Of a DNA stretch of 64,000 nt, positions 13,765 to 25,838 are shown piece by piece (the stretch's first letter is position 1; each line of letters begins with the position of its first letter). The DNA is taken from contig NW_002060944.1 of the NCBI RefSeq assembly GCF_000150275.1, forward strand, positions 3,014,152 through 3,078,151, written 5' to 3'. The position numbers were made by a program, and so were the translations under genes. This DNA comes from Trichoplax adhaerens. Its lineage: Eukaryota > Animalia > Placozoa. A model generated the notes under the pieces. That model saw only the letters and a program-made list of their open reading frames with translations, searched no databases and had not been told where the DNA came from.

Positions 13765-16243
13765 TTAGTGGCATTTATCAATTAATGTCCCTCTTGCTTT
13801 TTTGACTTCTTCCTGGAATGCCTAATGATTTCAATTTTAGAGGCACAATAAAAATCAGTAATCGTCAATTAGTTTCATAAATAACAATACGGTGGCAATT
13901 ATGATAGTAAGCGGTACCATTTCAGCAATTCTTTTCCTTGCTGCTTCTTTTCTGTTTAATTGTTGTTCGATGACTTTCGCATTTGCAGAGTAAGAATTTT
14001 CAACTTCCCTCTATCAAATAAACAGTAGCACCGAAAGAAGAAATTAGGGTCATGTTGTAACAGTAGAGGCTTTTATTTATCCGATTACTTTACCACATTT
14101 ACCTGCTCAATTTCATCTTCTTCTTCGTCTATGGTCGATACAGTGATAGAACTATATTTTCCCATGTCTCTTGTATATTTTTTCATCATAACCTGGAATA
14201 ACGGTAAAATAAAAACATGAAATTCAAGAAAGTCCGTCTGATCACTTTTCAAATCGGAATAAATTTTAATTCGATGCTTGCAGGAAATAGTCTACATTCA
14301 GATTGGTGGCATGAGGTTATTCAAATGGTATGTAATACATTTCTGTACCTTTTTATTATTGCTACTGTTAACAGTTTGAGGAACACTAGTCTTGATAGCA
14401 CCACCACCGCTATCGATGAGGGCACCTTCATTTATATGGAAAGGAAAATATTTCACTGAGTTTGATTGTATACTAGTCGTTCAAATACATCAGTACGTAA
14501 GTCCATTATCTTAGACGATAACTATCCTACGAGTACGCGTACATAAGTTTAGCCGGTTATAAATCACATCTAAAAGAGATTACAGTCTATTCCATAGGAT
14601 ACTTAATCAAGAAGATGAAATTAATGCAGATACAATTTCAAATAATTTGCCTAGTCGGTAGATTAATTATTCATTACCATTGAGAATGAATAGGGTAGGA
14701 CTGTCTTTCTCTGTGTGTTCATAGAATAGGTCAAGATTACACCTATTAATAGTAAATAGACCCATGACTTCAAAGATACGAGTCTATTACACAGGATATT
14801 GATATATGTGTATGGAGAGATTTCATGCGTTAGTTCTATGCAATCGTGATATTATGTTCACCTACTTGATACAACACTTTCTAAACTGTTGTTCGCCATG
14901 GCTATCGGACCTGATGAGTTCAATTGACAAATACTGCAGTTAGATATTTATTCAAGGCTTAGACCATTAAATATCTTTCTGCTCTTCATAATCCACTACA
15001 GCACGCGTATGACAGTTTCATCAAGCGCTACAATCTTGATTCAATTCTTAATAACTAATGATACTGGCAGAGTTTACTAGTTTATCCATTGTTGGAATCA
15101 TTTTTTGGTTCTATGACTAACCACCAACTATGATTTTAATGGTCAAGAATGAAAAAGGTGACAGTAGTCATGATAGAATTATTTTACCTTTTCAGAATGA
15201 CAACTTTACCATCGTTACAGAACATCTTGCATTCTTGTTTCTTCTTATCGACAACTCGAGCGTGATCGAGTTTTCTTAGCGGTAATTCGGTTAATTTTTT
15301 GTCTTTTCAAAGATAAATAGTATAAGTTTAAAATGTTGAAATCACGTATAGTAGAAAAGCTAATCATGCTGCAGTATTACTTGAAAGAAGCTAAATAAAT
15401 CATAATCTATTATCGCAGTAGGAGTAGAATAATACTATTAGTAGCAATCAGTGTATCTTTTGTACAAAGTCATATGCTTTGATGATATGAGGCATTGTCA
15501 AGAGTTTTTGCATCTTACTGGACGATATATTACTGGTCAATCATACAGTACAAATAGTAGGAGCTTTGATGCTAACTTCTTGCACATTTGTTCATGTTCT
15601 CTTTGCAATAATATTGATCCATTAGCATGGCGTCTGATATCGAAATCCAGTAACTGAATTGATTGACGGTGAAACCCCTGTACTACTTACTACCTTTCAA
15701 TTTTAACTTGGCACTGTAAGGGCTAAAATGACCAAGTTAGTCTATTCGTCAGTCCATAAGCAAAAGTAGGGTAAAAATAATGTAACACCAACGATAGACA
15801 ATTGACAGTACAGTAAATTAGTCAACTACGAGAATAGCTGTTTGTTTGAACATGTCCTACAAGTTAGACACTGCCTTGAGAATTTAATGATGGCGCTTGC
15901 CATGTACGGGTATAAGGAGAGTATGTAGTCGATGATAAAATACATCCTACTGTGTTGTAATAGAAGCTTTCAATCCCGCATAGAACATATTCAAATGTTA
16001 GTAGAATTATGATCAAAAGGTTGACTGAGCACTTGCGTTACTAAGCAATAGTACAGTACAATTGGGCTTTCTCCTTGCTCGACTCCTTCCACTGCAAATT
16101 AGAATTGTACGATGGATACCTATGATTAGCGCCATTTGACCACAGATGCAATAGTAGACGAATAGAGTGGCATTTTTATTGCTATATTCTTCTTGATCTC
16201 TTGTATCTGAGCAAACAATGCTACGAGAGACAACTTTAGGCAT
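13765..16243 (-). CDS. STEEP1: STING ER exit protein / UPF0428 (CXorf56) homologue, multi-exon
   Basis: N-terminus [20 protein letters not shown]...[12 protein letters not shown]. Later exons read [63 protein letters not shown] and [12 protein letters not shown]. All match the family as I know it. Confidence 0.93.
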
Positions 16244-16299
16244 GGCTGTTAACGTTGATAAATTGGAAATCCTTGTCGACTGGCGAAGTTCTCGCAGGA

Positions 16300-17340
16300 G
16301 CTGTTTTCCAGAGTACAGTACTGTACTGTACAGTGTACAGGATAGGCTGGAAGCTGTTATTTTGGACTTGTCTACCAGAGGACGACGGTCGGTTATACAC
16401 TGTCTAAGGGTCTCTACTGTAGTAAGGGTCTGTATACTACAGTGCACTACACTAGTAGTGATACCGTACTCAGTACTGTATTATACGCTACAATGTACTC
16501 AATCAGATCCAATGATAGTACTGTACTGTGATACTCGCTCGATCTCACGCTCTGGTCCGGTCCGGACCAGATTCGGTCACTACAGTACGTAGCATGGAGT
16601 ACTGTATTCTGAATACTGTATGTAAAATTAAATTACTGTACAGTACAGAGCTAACACCCGCTCATGTGCGGTGTTAGCAGCCACTCCAAAGTACTGTAGG
16701 ACCCAATTTTTGGACTATGTACAGTACAGTACTGTACAATTGTAGTGTACAGTACAGTAGTGTACAACCAGTGGTACAGTGTTCCTTCTTTCATCGCTAG
16801 TGATAGTACAGTATAATAAAAACAAAACAATATCATGATTGGACGGTACTGTAGCGTCAATGCTACCATGCGTCAGCACATCCAAGTAGTCCATGGTGCA
16901 GCACACTACAGTACGTACTGTACTGTACAGTACACTACAGACCCTTCTAAGAGTCTCTTATTCAAAAACTAACCCATGTCCTTGAGTGTCCTTGACGAAG
17001 CCAAAAATACAGGATTGGACTAAAGTCCTTGTGGTAGTCCTCCAAAAAAGTCATCGTGAGAACGTACCTTTATAAGGGTCTCTTATTAACGTACAGTACA
17101 TTGCCACTTTCACTTTTTTGGACCAGATGCATGTCAGAGACTGCGCCTCTGTCCATACAAAGTACTGTGAAAATGAGCGTGACAACCAGACGTAGGGTCA
17201 TCAACTACGAGACGTGAAGTCAAAGCAAGTCATGGTGCGGTACAGGTCAGGCCTAGGTACAGTACTGGATGACAGTGGACGTCCTGATGGGCATCGTCCG
17301 TCCGTGTGATACGTCCAGTACGATACTCTACAGTGTTCAG
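16300..17340. promoter_or_regulatory. Divergent STEEP1/CDK9 intergenic region with TACAGTA/CAGTACTG-rich tract and palindromes (putative bidirectional promoter)
   Basis: Head-to-head ATGs at 16243(-) and 17467(+), dense tactgtacag motifs, and a 21-bp palindrome at 16551-16571. Promoter function is inferred from position only. Confidence 0.5.
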
Positions 17341-17466
17341 TACGCTTAATCATGCGGCGTATACAGGAGACAGTGGAGTAGAATTACACCAGTTGAGCGT
17401 CGATTGGCTTCTTTTTCCCATCATTCTGCTTAGTTGATCGTCTTGACGCCATCTTGAGTGTTCCCG

Positions 17467-20400
17467 ATGAGTAAAGAGCCGTATAATTATCCTTTTATTC
17501 ACGATGTTGGCAAGTACGAAAAAATTACCAAGATTGGCCACGGAACATTCGGGTAATAGATAAATGACACAACCTTGATACTTTCTTACGGTGCTGCTAA
17601 CACTAATTAAAAGGTTACTTTATACATGAAATGAAAAAAAAAAAAATCCACAATAAAAGGATCTACAGTACAATAAAAATATCAACGATTCGCAGGGGCC
17701 TACAAGTCAATATACGCATATTTTCCAGTTGATCTTTTCCATGTATGTGTACCTAAAAATGATAACATTTCAACTACCATGCAATCCATTTCTTCACTGC
17801 TTGTATGTGCTGCTTACACCTTGTCATGGTAGTTTTGATGACGAAGGTAACCAAAAAAAAAAAATGGAGAAAATGTTGATACATTCGTAGGTTAGCAGTA
17901 ACTGATGGTACTATACGCATCGGTGAGATACATACTCTACTTGTATGCATCTAGGTCTAATAGAAAATAATCCTAGCTGTAGTGTAGACCACCCTAATTA
18001 GAAAGCTCTGCTAATGCATATCAATGCCAAGATTGATTCCACTGTACAATGGACATACGCGTTGAACCCTACTCTCGGCGATGTCATATTCTATCAAAAG
18101 TGTTGAATGCTCGATACTATAACTGTAGTCGACAATGTGCTCGTCTAAAATAACCAAAATCCAATGGAAATGGGTGTAGAGACCTTCAATCAGAAGCATT
18201 ATTCATGGCACTGCTTTAAAACTATACGCTACTTTTGCAAGAAGGCCAAAGTTGTAAAGGAGCTTGTTAAGCACGGCTTACATGCAAGTACTATCAAGCA
18301 CAAGCCAATCACTAATAATAACTGATCACGACCGATTGCTGTTTTACCGTTCTGTAGAGCTAATATCGACTTTTCCCTTGTACAGCACATTATTCGTACA
18401 GTAGATTAGTAAGCTTCAAGCACCATAACCTTTTTAAGCTAGACTGGTAGAAAATAATTCCTTTTATATACAGTACGAGTATACTGGATTGTGGAATGAT
18501 ATAGTAGTAATGGTTGAAATGATGACTGTAAGACTTGAATAAAGTGAACCTCATGAAACTTTTAATAAACCTCCTGAGATAATAAAATAGCAATCAATAA
18601 AACGCTATACTTTGGCCATAGATGCCCGGTAGCGTACACAATCGAATATTTGTCAATTTATGCTATATGCTGAGTACTATCTTTCTTGTGCAAGCTCAAC
18701 ACTTCAGTGTATGATAAGAATTGTATACAAGTCGGCTTCTTCAATTCCCATTTGAATCAGAGTAAACGACCAAGACATGAAACACATAAAACCCTCGAAT
18801 GTAGTACAGTATATTGCTTCATGGAATAGAGTTGTTGTGTTATATAACTATAGTAGTAAAAGTGCCGTCGATTTTAGAAATGAACATTTTCGACATTCGC
18901 TCTTGGTGTATACAATAGAATATGAATTGATCAGTTTCGCGAAATTGGAAATGATGCCTATCAAATGTTAAAATTTTTGATATAAATGTCAAAGTATGTA
19001 AGCTATCGACTTAATAAGAGCTCCAGCTATAGTAATGCTGTACTGGTTTCATATCTTCCGAAATAGCGAAGTATTCAAAGCTAGGAATCGCATCAGCAAA
19101 GAGTTTGTGGCGCTTAAACGTGTCTTGCTAGGCAATGAAAAAGAAGGGGTAACTGTCTTGATAGATAAAATTGATTAGTATACGTACCATAATTATGAAA
19201 GGATAAATTAAATGTAAATAGTATATTGGATTGCTTGATAATAATTACGATATGTAAATTTACTGGTAATTCAAGCGTACATCATACAAATGATTTATAT
19301 GCTTATTTCACCATATATTTTTAGTCAATACTGTACGTTCTACTGTGCTATTCATGTCGTAAACCATGTGTAACTAGATGAGCACGTATAGTTCTTTGGG
19401 TCGTAATCGTAGTCCGCGCTGTAATTAATGTTCAGAGTGTAGAATTGCTTAAATTGTATTCGATAGGGATCATCATTTTTCTTTTATAGCCCTACTTGAA
19501 AAGTAAATTACTTTAGCAAAGCAATGTTTGCAGTATTATCCATTATCACTGTTCTACTGGATATGTAATTACAGTATAGCTATGATTAAAAATACGTAGA
19601 TACCAGAGTAGGTACTTTACTTACAAATATATGGTGTAGAAATGAAAGAGACTAGGATGTAATTACTGTAGCTTTCTATACAGTGGCATATTACGTTAAA
19701 AGATTGCAATGATACTATACGTGTATATTTAATGCTTACCTTTTTTCATTGTATCAATATTTCATCTGGTAGTTTCCTATCACATCGCTCAGAGAAATTA
19801 AAATTTTAAGAGCTCTCAAGCATGACAATATTGTGCGTCTACAGGAAATTTGCCGATCCAAAGGTTAGTCTAATTTAAAAGATATTGTGTGTGTATAGAA
19901 AAATATTATCATAAACTAAGTAACCGTAAAGCGACAAAATTGCTAATCACTGCGAGGTCGTAATGATCTATTAAAATCATGATGGAATGATGCAAGGACA
20001 AGATTCAACGGAAATTGTATTATTCAGTATTAAATGTAAAGATTTATACAGTGTATGAGTTACTTTGACTTAAAATCGAATAATATTCAAATTATTATCG
20101 TCACTTCATTAATATTCATATGTCTATATTTAAATTAATTGTATCAAACCTATCTTGCTATTATAATGATAGGTACCCCGCAAAGTCGTAAAAGAGGCAG
20201 TATCTATCTAGTTTTTGAATTCTGTGCTCATGATCTTGCCGGCCTATTACAAAATCCACAAGTTAAATTCAACCTCTCGGAAATTAAGCGCATGATGAAA
20301 CATTTATTAAGTGGATTATTTTATATACATAGCAATAAGGTCTTGCATAGAGATTTGAAGGCGGCTAATGTTTTAGTAACTCGTGATGGCGTCTTAAAAC

Positions 20401-21002
20401 TAGCCGATTTCGGTTTAGCGCGTGTTTATAGTCGTAAAGAAAAGACTCACTGCTTTACTAATCGTGTTGTTACACTATGGTATCGAGCACCGGAGTTACT
20501 ACTTGGCTGTCGTGATTACGGACCGGCCATTGATATGTGGGCAATTGGTTGTATTATGGCTGAATTTTGGACTCGTAGTGCTATCATGCAAGGGAATAGT
20601 GAAACTAATCAGTTGACGTTAATCACTCAATTGTGTGGCTCAATTACTCCTGAAGTCTACCCAGATGTGGATAAATTAGATTTGTTTAAAAAATTTGATT
20701 TACCAGCTAGCCAAAAGCGCCGTGTCAAAGAACGTCTATCTCATTATGTCCGTGACCGTCATGCCTTAGATTTAATTGATCGTTGCTTAACGATCGATCC
20801 TGCTAAGCGAATCGATAGTGACTCCGCCTTAAATCATGACTTTTTCTGGTCTGATCCTTTACCTGCCTCTAAAATTAGCTGTTTAAGCCGCTTGAATGTA
20901 TCAATGTTCGAATTTCTAATTGATCGCAAAACAACTAATCCACAGCATCGACCGGAGCAGAGTCAAATGTCTCAACAACCTGGATACGACCGTGTCTTTT
21001 AA
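17467..21002 (+). CDS. CDK9: Cyclin-dependent kinase 9 (P-TEFb kinase), 4 exons: 17467-17552, 19067-19148, 19773-19863, 20173-21002
   Basis: KYEKITKIGHGTFG|EVFKA...VALKRV..NEKEG|FPITSLREIKIL, then HRDLKAANVL, DFGLAR and TNRVVTLWYR. CDK9-specific segments WTRSAIMQGN, LCGSITPEV and RIDSDSALNHDFFWSDP are present. Confidence 0.95.
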
Positions 21003-22359
21003 ATGTTGTAGATAAAACCTATGTTAATATAGTGAGAGTAATAGATATTATAACAAAAAAATTGAGTTCAACTGATTTGCTGTTGCTAAATGTCGTACAG
21101 CGGTATCGCATTTATACTAAATTTCTACTAAATTTTGTATCATAGTCACGAAAGGAAAACTAGCGTCATAACGGTCTCGCTGTATAGTTATTTTATGATT
21201 TTTTAAAGAAAATAATTGTTAACGATTACTTCAATAATCCTATTGTATGTATAAAGGATTTCAAATTTTTTGTTGCCATAATTCCTTTATTTTTGGCAAA
21301 TTAATATTATTCAGAATGACTAAAATTACGAATTAATAGATCTTCATAGATCTGGCTTCTGCGAGAACATTGTCATCTTATTTGATAGTAATGTTCGATA
21401 AAGGATTGATTGCAACACTTATATCGACAGTACACATACGTACGCGTATTTATAGAGATATGTATAAAAGGCGTTTAAAGGATAATATGTATACGGCCTT
21501 CATATACTTCATTGGTATTTTGTCTTGATAATAAAACTGGTTCACTATATTGTAGTATTTTGACGTGTTTGGATGGTTACTTACTTACTCATTATAATTG
21601 CATAATTAGTTTAGTCATGGATTTCACGGTCGATTTACATTATCTGAAGATTAGCTTTACTTCTGATATATTTATGATGTTAAGACTTTGTTACCAAATA
21701 CTTTCCATTTCGTCTGTTCATCAGTGTTTTGCACATGCAAATTGATGTGACAGTACTCTTTACGGTACCTAAACATATATGTTTGTCTATTCACTCCTGT
21801 TACAGTTACAATTTTGGTCAATATACCTTAATTGCTGACTTGATAAGCAAGGAGTTTACGATGAAAACTAAATTGGATACCATCAATAAAAAGGAAAACT
21901 TCCATTGTATCATGTTTGCAATTTTATTACCTGTTGCAGCTTATATTGACATATTGTAGCATTTCCAAAGAGTCTTATTGTAGTAGCGAAAAGTACTTAA
22001 AAAAAATTTTGAATGCACACCTCTTGCTAATATTGCTTTAATAGCTCTATAGAATATGAATTGAAAGCCTGAAGCAGTAACGTGACATGTTGCCAACGCA
22101 TGTTTACGGTTACCATTTATCGAATTTTGTACATTATAGCCTTAAAGCAAATATTGTAGAGTGTTAAGCGATATCGATCGAAGACTTTGGTGATTTGATA
22201 AGATTAACTCAACCCTAACCCCAACCCTAACTTTACGTTTGCCAGCCTTAATTACTAAGAATTATAGATATGTAAATTTTGTACTGGATGAGATGTAAAT
22301 AACAATGAGAATCAATTGGTGTATGAACAATCCAATCAGCTGGACTGTATACTACGACA

Positions 22360-24537
22360 CTAAACAGCATCCATCAATTCCATCATTTGATTAGTCCCGC
22401 AGATTTTTCGTCTGAGGTATGATTCTTCAGTTTCAAGACTGCCATGGACTTGATGCCATTCGAAATACGGTATCTAATAATGTAGAAATAATACGTGCAG
22501 TACAATAAGTCATCATATACTCTTATACGACACAAAAANNNNNNNNNNNNNNNNNNNNNNNNNNNNNNNNNNNNNNNNNNNNNNNNNNNNNNNNNNNNNN
22601 NNNNNNNNNNNNNNNNNNNNNNNNNNNNNNNNNNNNNNNNNTATAATTTGCCATCCCAAAGCTTTCAACAAACGATGTTTGAGTAATGTGTCACCTAATG
22701 GTCTTCGTGTCTTATATGCAAAATGATGGGAGCCATCAACCTCCACAGCTACTTTACGTAGTGGATTCCTTTAGTAGCATAATTAAACATTAGCAACACT
22801 GGCTTTCTTTGAAACGACTTTATCAGGAAAACTAAATCCGTAACAATCTTTTTAAATATATTTGGTCATAAAGTGTAAGTATCATTACCGCTTAGTATCA
22901 AGGACAGCAAAGATGTCCTCATTTAGACGGATACTATCAAAATCACGCCATAATAGAGCCCGATTTCTGTCATCCAAAACAAACGCCATATCGAGGCTGT
23001 ACCCACATTCTAAAGATATTTCAGAACCAAAGTATTGTTTACCACCAAAAATTCTTTCCATAGCCTGCTGAACCTCAATCTCTATCGTCGATGTTATCCG
23101 CTGTAAATTGGCCAAAGTTTTAATAATTTGATTTCGTAGTGGTAATGGCAAAGAAAACTCGGAAGAGCCATCTCCGTATTCCAGTTTGACTGCTAAGTCT
23201 ATTTGGCATAACTGCACCTTATCTACACGGCTTAGTCCGGAATTCGATTGACATTCTAGCGTTTGTAGATGATCATGATTAAAATATATATATATATATG
23301 TGTATTGTACATTTATTAATAAAAATACTAATTAAGGTGTACGAATATACTATCTTTATAGCTAGCAATTGTGCAATGACTGTATTATATCATACTCTGA
23401 GTAAATGAACTTACTTTGTAAGAAGGTTGGATCGAATACCTTAGCAAAGAGGGGACGATGATACCGTTGCAAGATCGCCATAGACCATGCAATGTTTAAT
23501 AAAAACTTTGGATTATAGTTATCATATGACCGGTTTAATAGATTTTCTATGGCAGAAAAGAATTCTTTACTATTGGACGGTTTAAAATTAACTTTTGCAA
23601 AGGAGTATAATACTTGCGCAACATCATATTGACCATACTGTTGATGATTATTCATAAAGTGCTGGCCAACGGCCTCAAATAACTCGCGATTATAAATGAG
23701 GTGTTTAGCAAATGCCCAAGCTATGACTCCAACAGTATATGGTGACCAATTTGAAAGCTTTAAGATTGAAATTGCTGCTATGTCGAATATTAATTCCATG
23801 TTAAAGACTCTACATTTAGTGAGCATCAATACTAGATTACGAATGCTGATATCGTCAAGATGATTAAGATTACGACAGGCATGATCAATCAAGGCTGACA
23901 GTAGTGGTTTATGTTTAGTTTTATTTTTAGCTACGCCATGATAGAGAGGAATTATATCTTGTAGATTAATATCCTTTATATTTCGAGCTAATCTTTGCTC
24001 TAATTTATTTAGAAATTGAAATTTACTACCGCGTTCAGCAAACAATTGAAATAGCTTAGTCATAGTCGATAAATCATCAATACTATCTAATTCTCGTTCA
24101 GTTCTTTTGGCTAATGCTTTAGTAAATCTGCTCCGAATAGGAACATGAGGAGAGGAAGAAATATGCACCAAGTTTAACCAAAGTTGTTTATCCATATTGT
24201 GCAATCGACGGCAACATTCATCCTCCACGTTAATTTGGAACCACTTTCGAAGTGTTAGCGGCTTGAAAGATCTGGATGTCCATGAAGTGGAATGCGTAAC
24301 AGCCATAATCTTGACTAGTTCTTGATCATTTAATTCGTGTATATCTTGCTGTGAGTATCGATTTGCATTGTATAACTCCTGTTTGATAGCAGTCGGACTG
24401 TTTAATTGATCAACAATACCAAATAAAAAATTGCTACATCTGCGATAACTTGATAGGGGTAAATACGTGAAAGTTAAAGTATCTCTGGAGTGTGCTACCA
24501 TGTTCACCACTTTACGGTAAACTTTATGCATAGCCAT
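22360..24537 (-). CDS. FAST kinase domain / RAP-domain protein A (FASTKD-like), 4 exons, assembly gap inside
   Basis: A large exon 1 carries helical repeats (PYTVGVIAWAFAK, QYDVAQVLYSFAKVNF, LLNIAWSMAIL). Exon 2 has GYSLD; exon 3 has RAP motif VAVEVDGSHHF...TLLKHRLLKALGWQII; the last exon reads IPYFEW...MDAV*. The N-terminus is basic and presequence-like. Confidence 0.88.
22539..22641. other. Assembly gap (N run)
   Basis: Run of n characters. Confidence 0.99.
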
Positions 24538-25838
24538 TCTTGCCTATAATCGCCTTATTAATCAATTGGAGATCAGGTAGCATTTCATTTTTTTCCTTGA
24601 TCATTAATTCTCAAGTTGAGTTGAAAATTGAAAAAATACCATGGTATCATAGTCGAGAATGAATTTTAAGATAAAACGAGCACTTGGTTGAAGCTAACAC
24701 CTATTTTGGATTTGCCAAAGTGTATGGAAGAAGTATGCTATAGCTCAATTGGCTTCCAAATGCGTGTCCTTGTTGCAACAATCTCGCCAATAAATTTAAT
24801 TTGATTACCGTAGCGTAGTTCGTCCTGGCGAGGCTAATCTCCACGTCCTTGAATTCTGTTGTGCAATCCGATTGAAATCGATGAGCTTCTAGCTCGACTC
24901 TACCAGTACTTGTGAATTTGCAATGATGATTACCAGCTGTGTAAGCTGATTATTGACCTCTACTGTGATCTTCCAGTCTTACTTAATGGCTAAATCGAAG
25001 GCTAAACTGCTTAATCAACCAATTGCGGCAATCAAGTAAACGTGCAATCAGCTATAGCCAGCAATGATCTCGTGAGACTGGACTATTGCCTTGTTCATTG
25101 TAGTGGTACCCATACCATCCTTTATAATACACAGTCTACTATAACACCGTCTTTCGTAAGCCTGCAATACCCTGTTGCACGATACTTCTGCATGGTGGCT
25201 AGACCACCTGGTACTACATGCTACACTAAGCTAATTTGAAATGCACAAATCTGACTGCTGTGGCTCGGATCCTTTACAGTTGTCTAATCATATTATTTAT
25301 TAAGTTAAAGGTTGAGTGGATCGTAGATGCCGAGCTGCCTCGATAGTTTATCCTTACTCTTAATTCAGGAATAATGTTGTTGCATCAGCCAACAGTAAAG
25401 TCCTATGCCCTAGTTGGAGCGAGATAGAAGCATTTCAAAGTACAGTAGAGAGAGAGGATATTTCTGCTAGCGTTGGTTTTGGTGAGCGATTGTGGAATCG
25501 CGATCGCTCGCTTGCAAGCGAGCGAGTTCAATTCGTTATTGATGGAGAATTATTTAATGGCTACCAGATAGCGACCTCTTATAGCACCTGTATAACCTTA
25601 CACTGTGTGACAACTTGTTGCAATTTGAATATAGGGATATCATCACTGCAGAATTCAAGATCCTCAAGTACTTTTATCGAGCAACTTGCTGTGTATCTCC
25701 TATCGATCCATTGCTAATTTCAGTTTTGCAATCGACTACCAGTAGTTGAAAGTGGCAACAATCATTTTGGCTATCGGATTATTATAGTAAAAATAGTGTG
25801 TTGGGCGTGTAAATGTTGCATCACAAACTGTAATCAAC

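Noticed and set aside
18011-18330. Possible nested gene or ankyrin-like fragment in CDK9 intron 1
   Set aside because: Short ORFs with no convincing motif or splice structure.
22211-22231. Telomere-like CCCTAA repeats
   Set aside because: Only about three imperfect units, which is compatible with chance.
24920-24950. C/D-box snoRNA (ATGATGA...CTGA)
   Set aside because: The boxes are only about 24 nt apart and there is no terminal stem.
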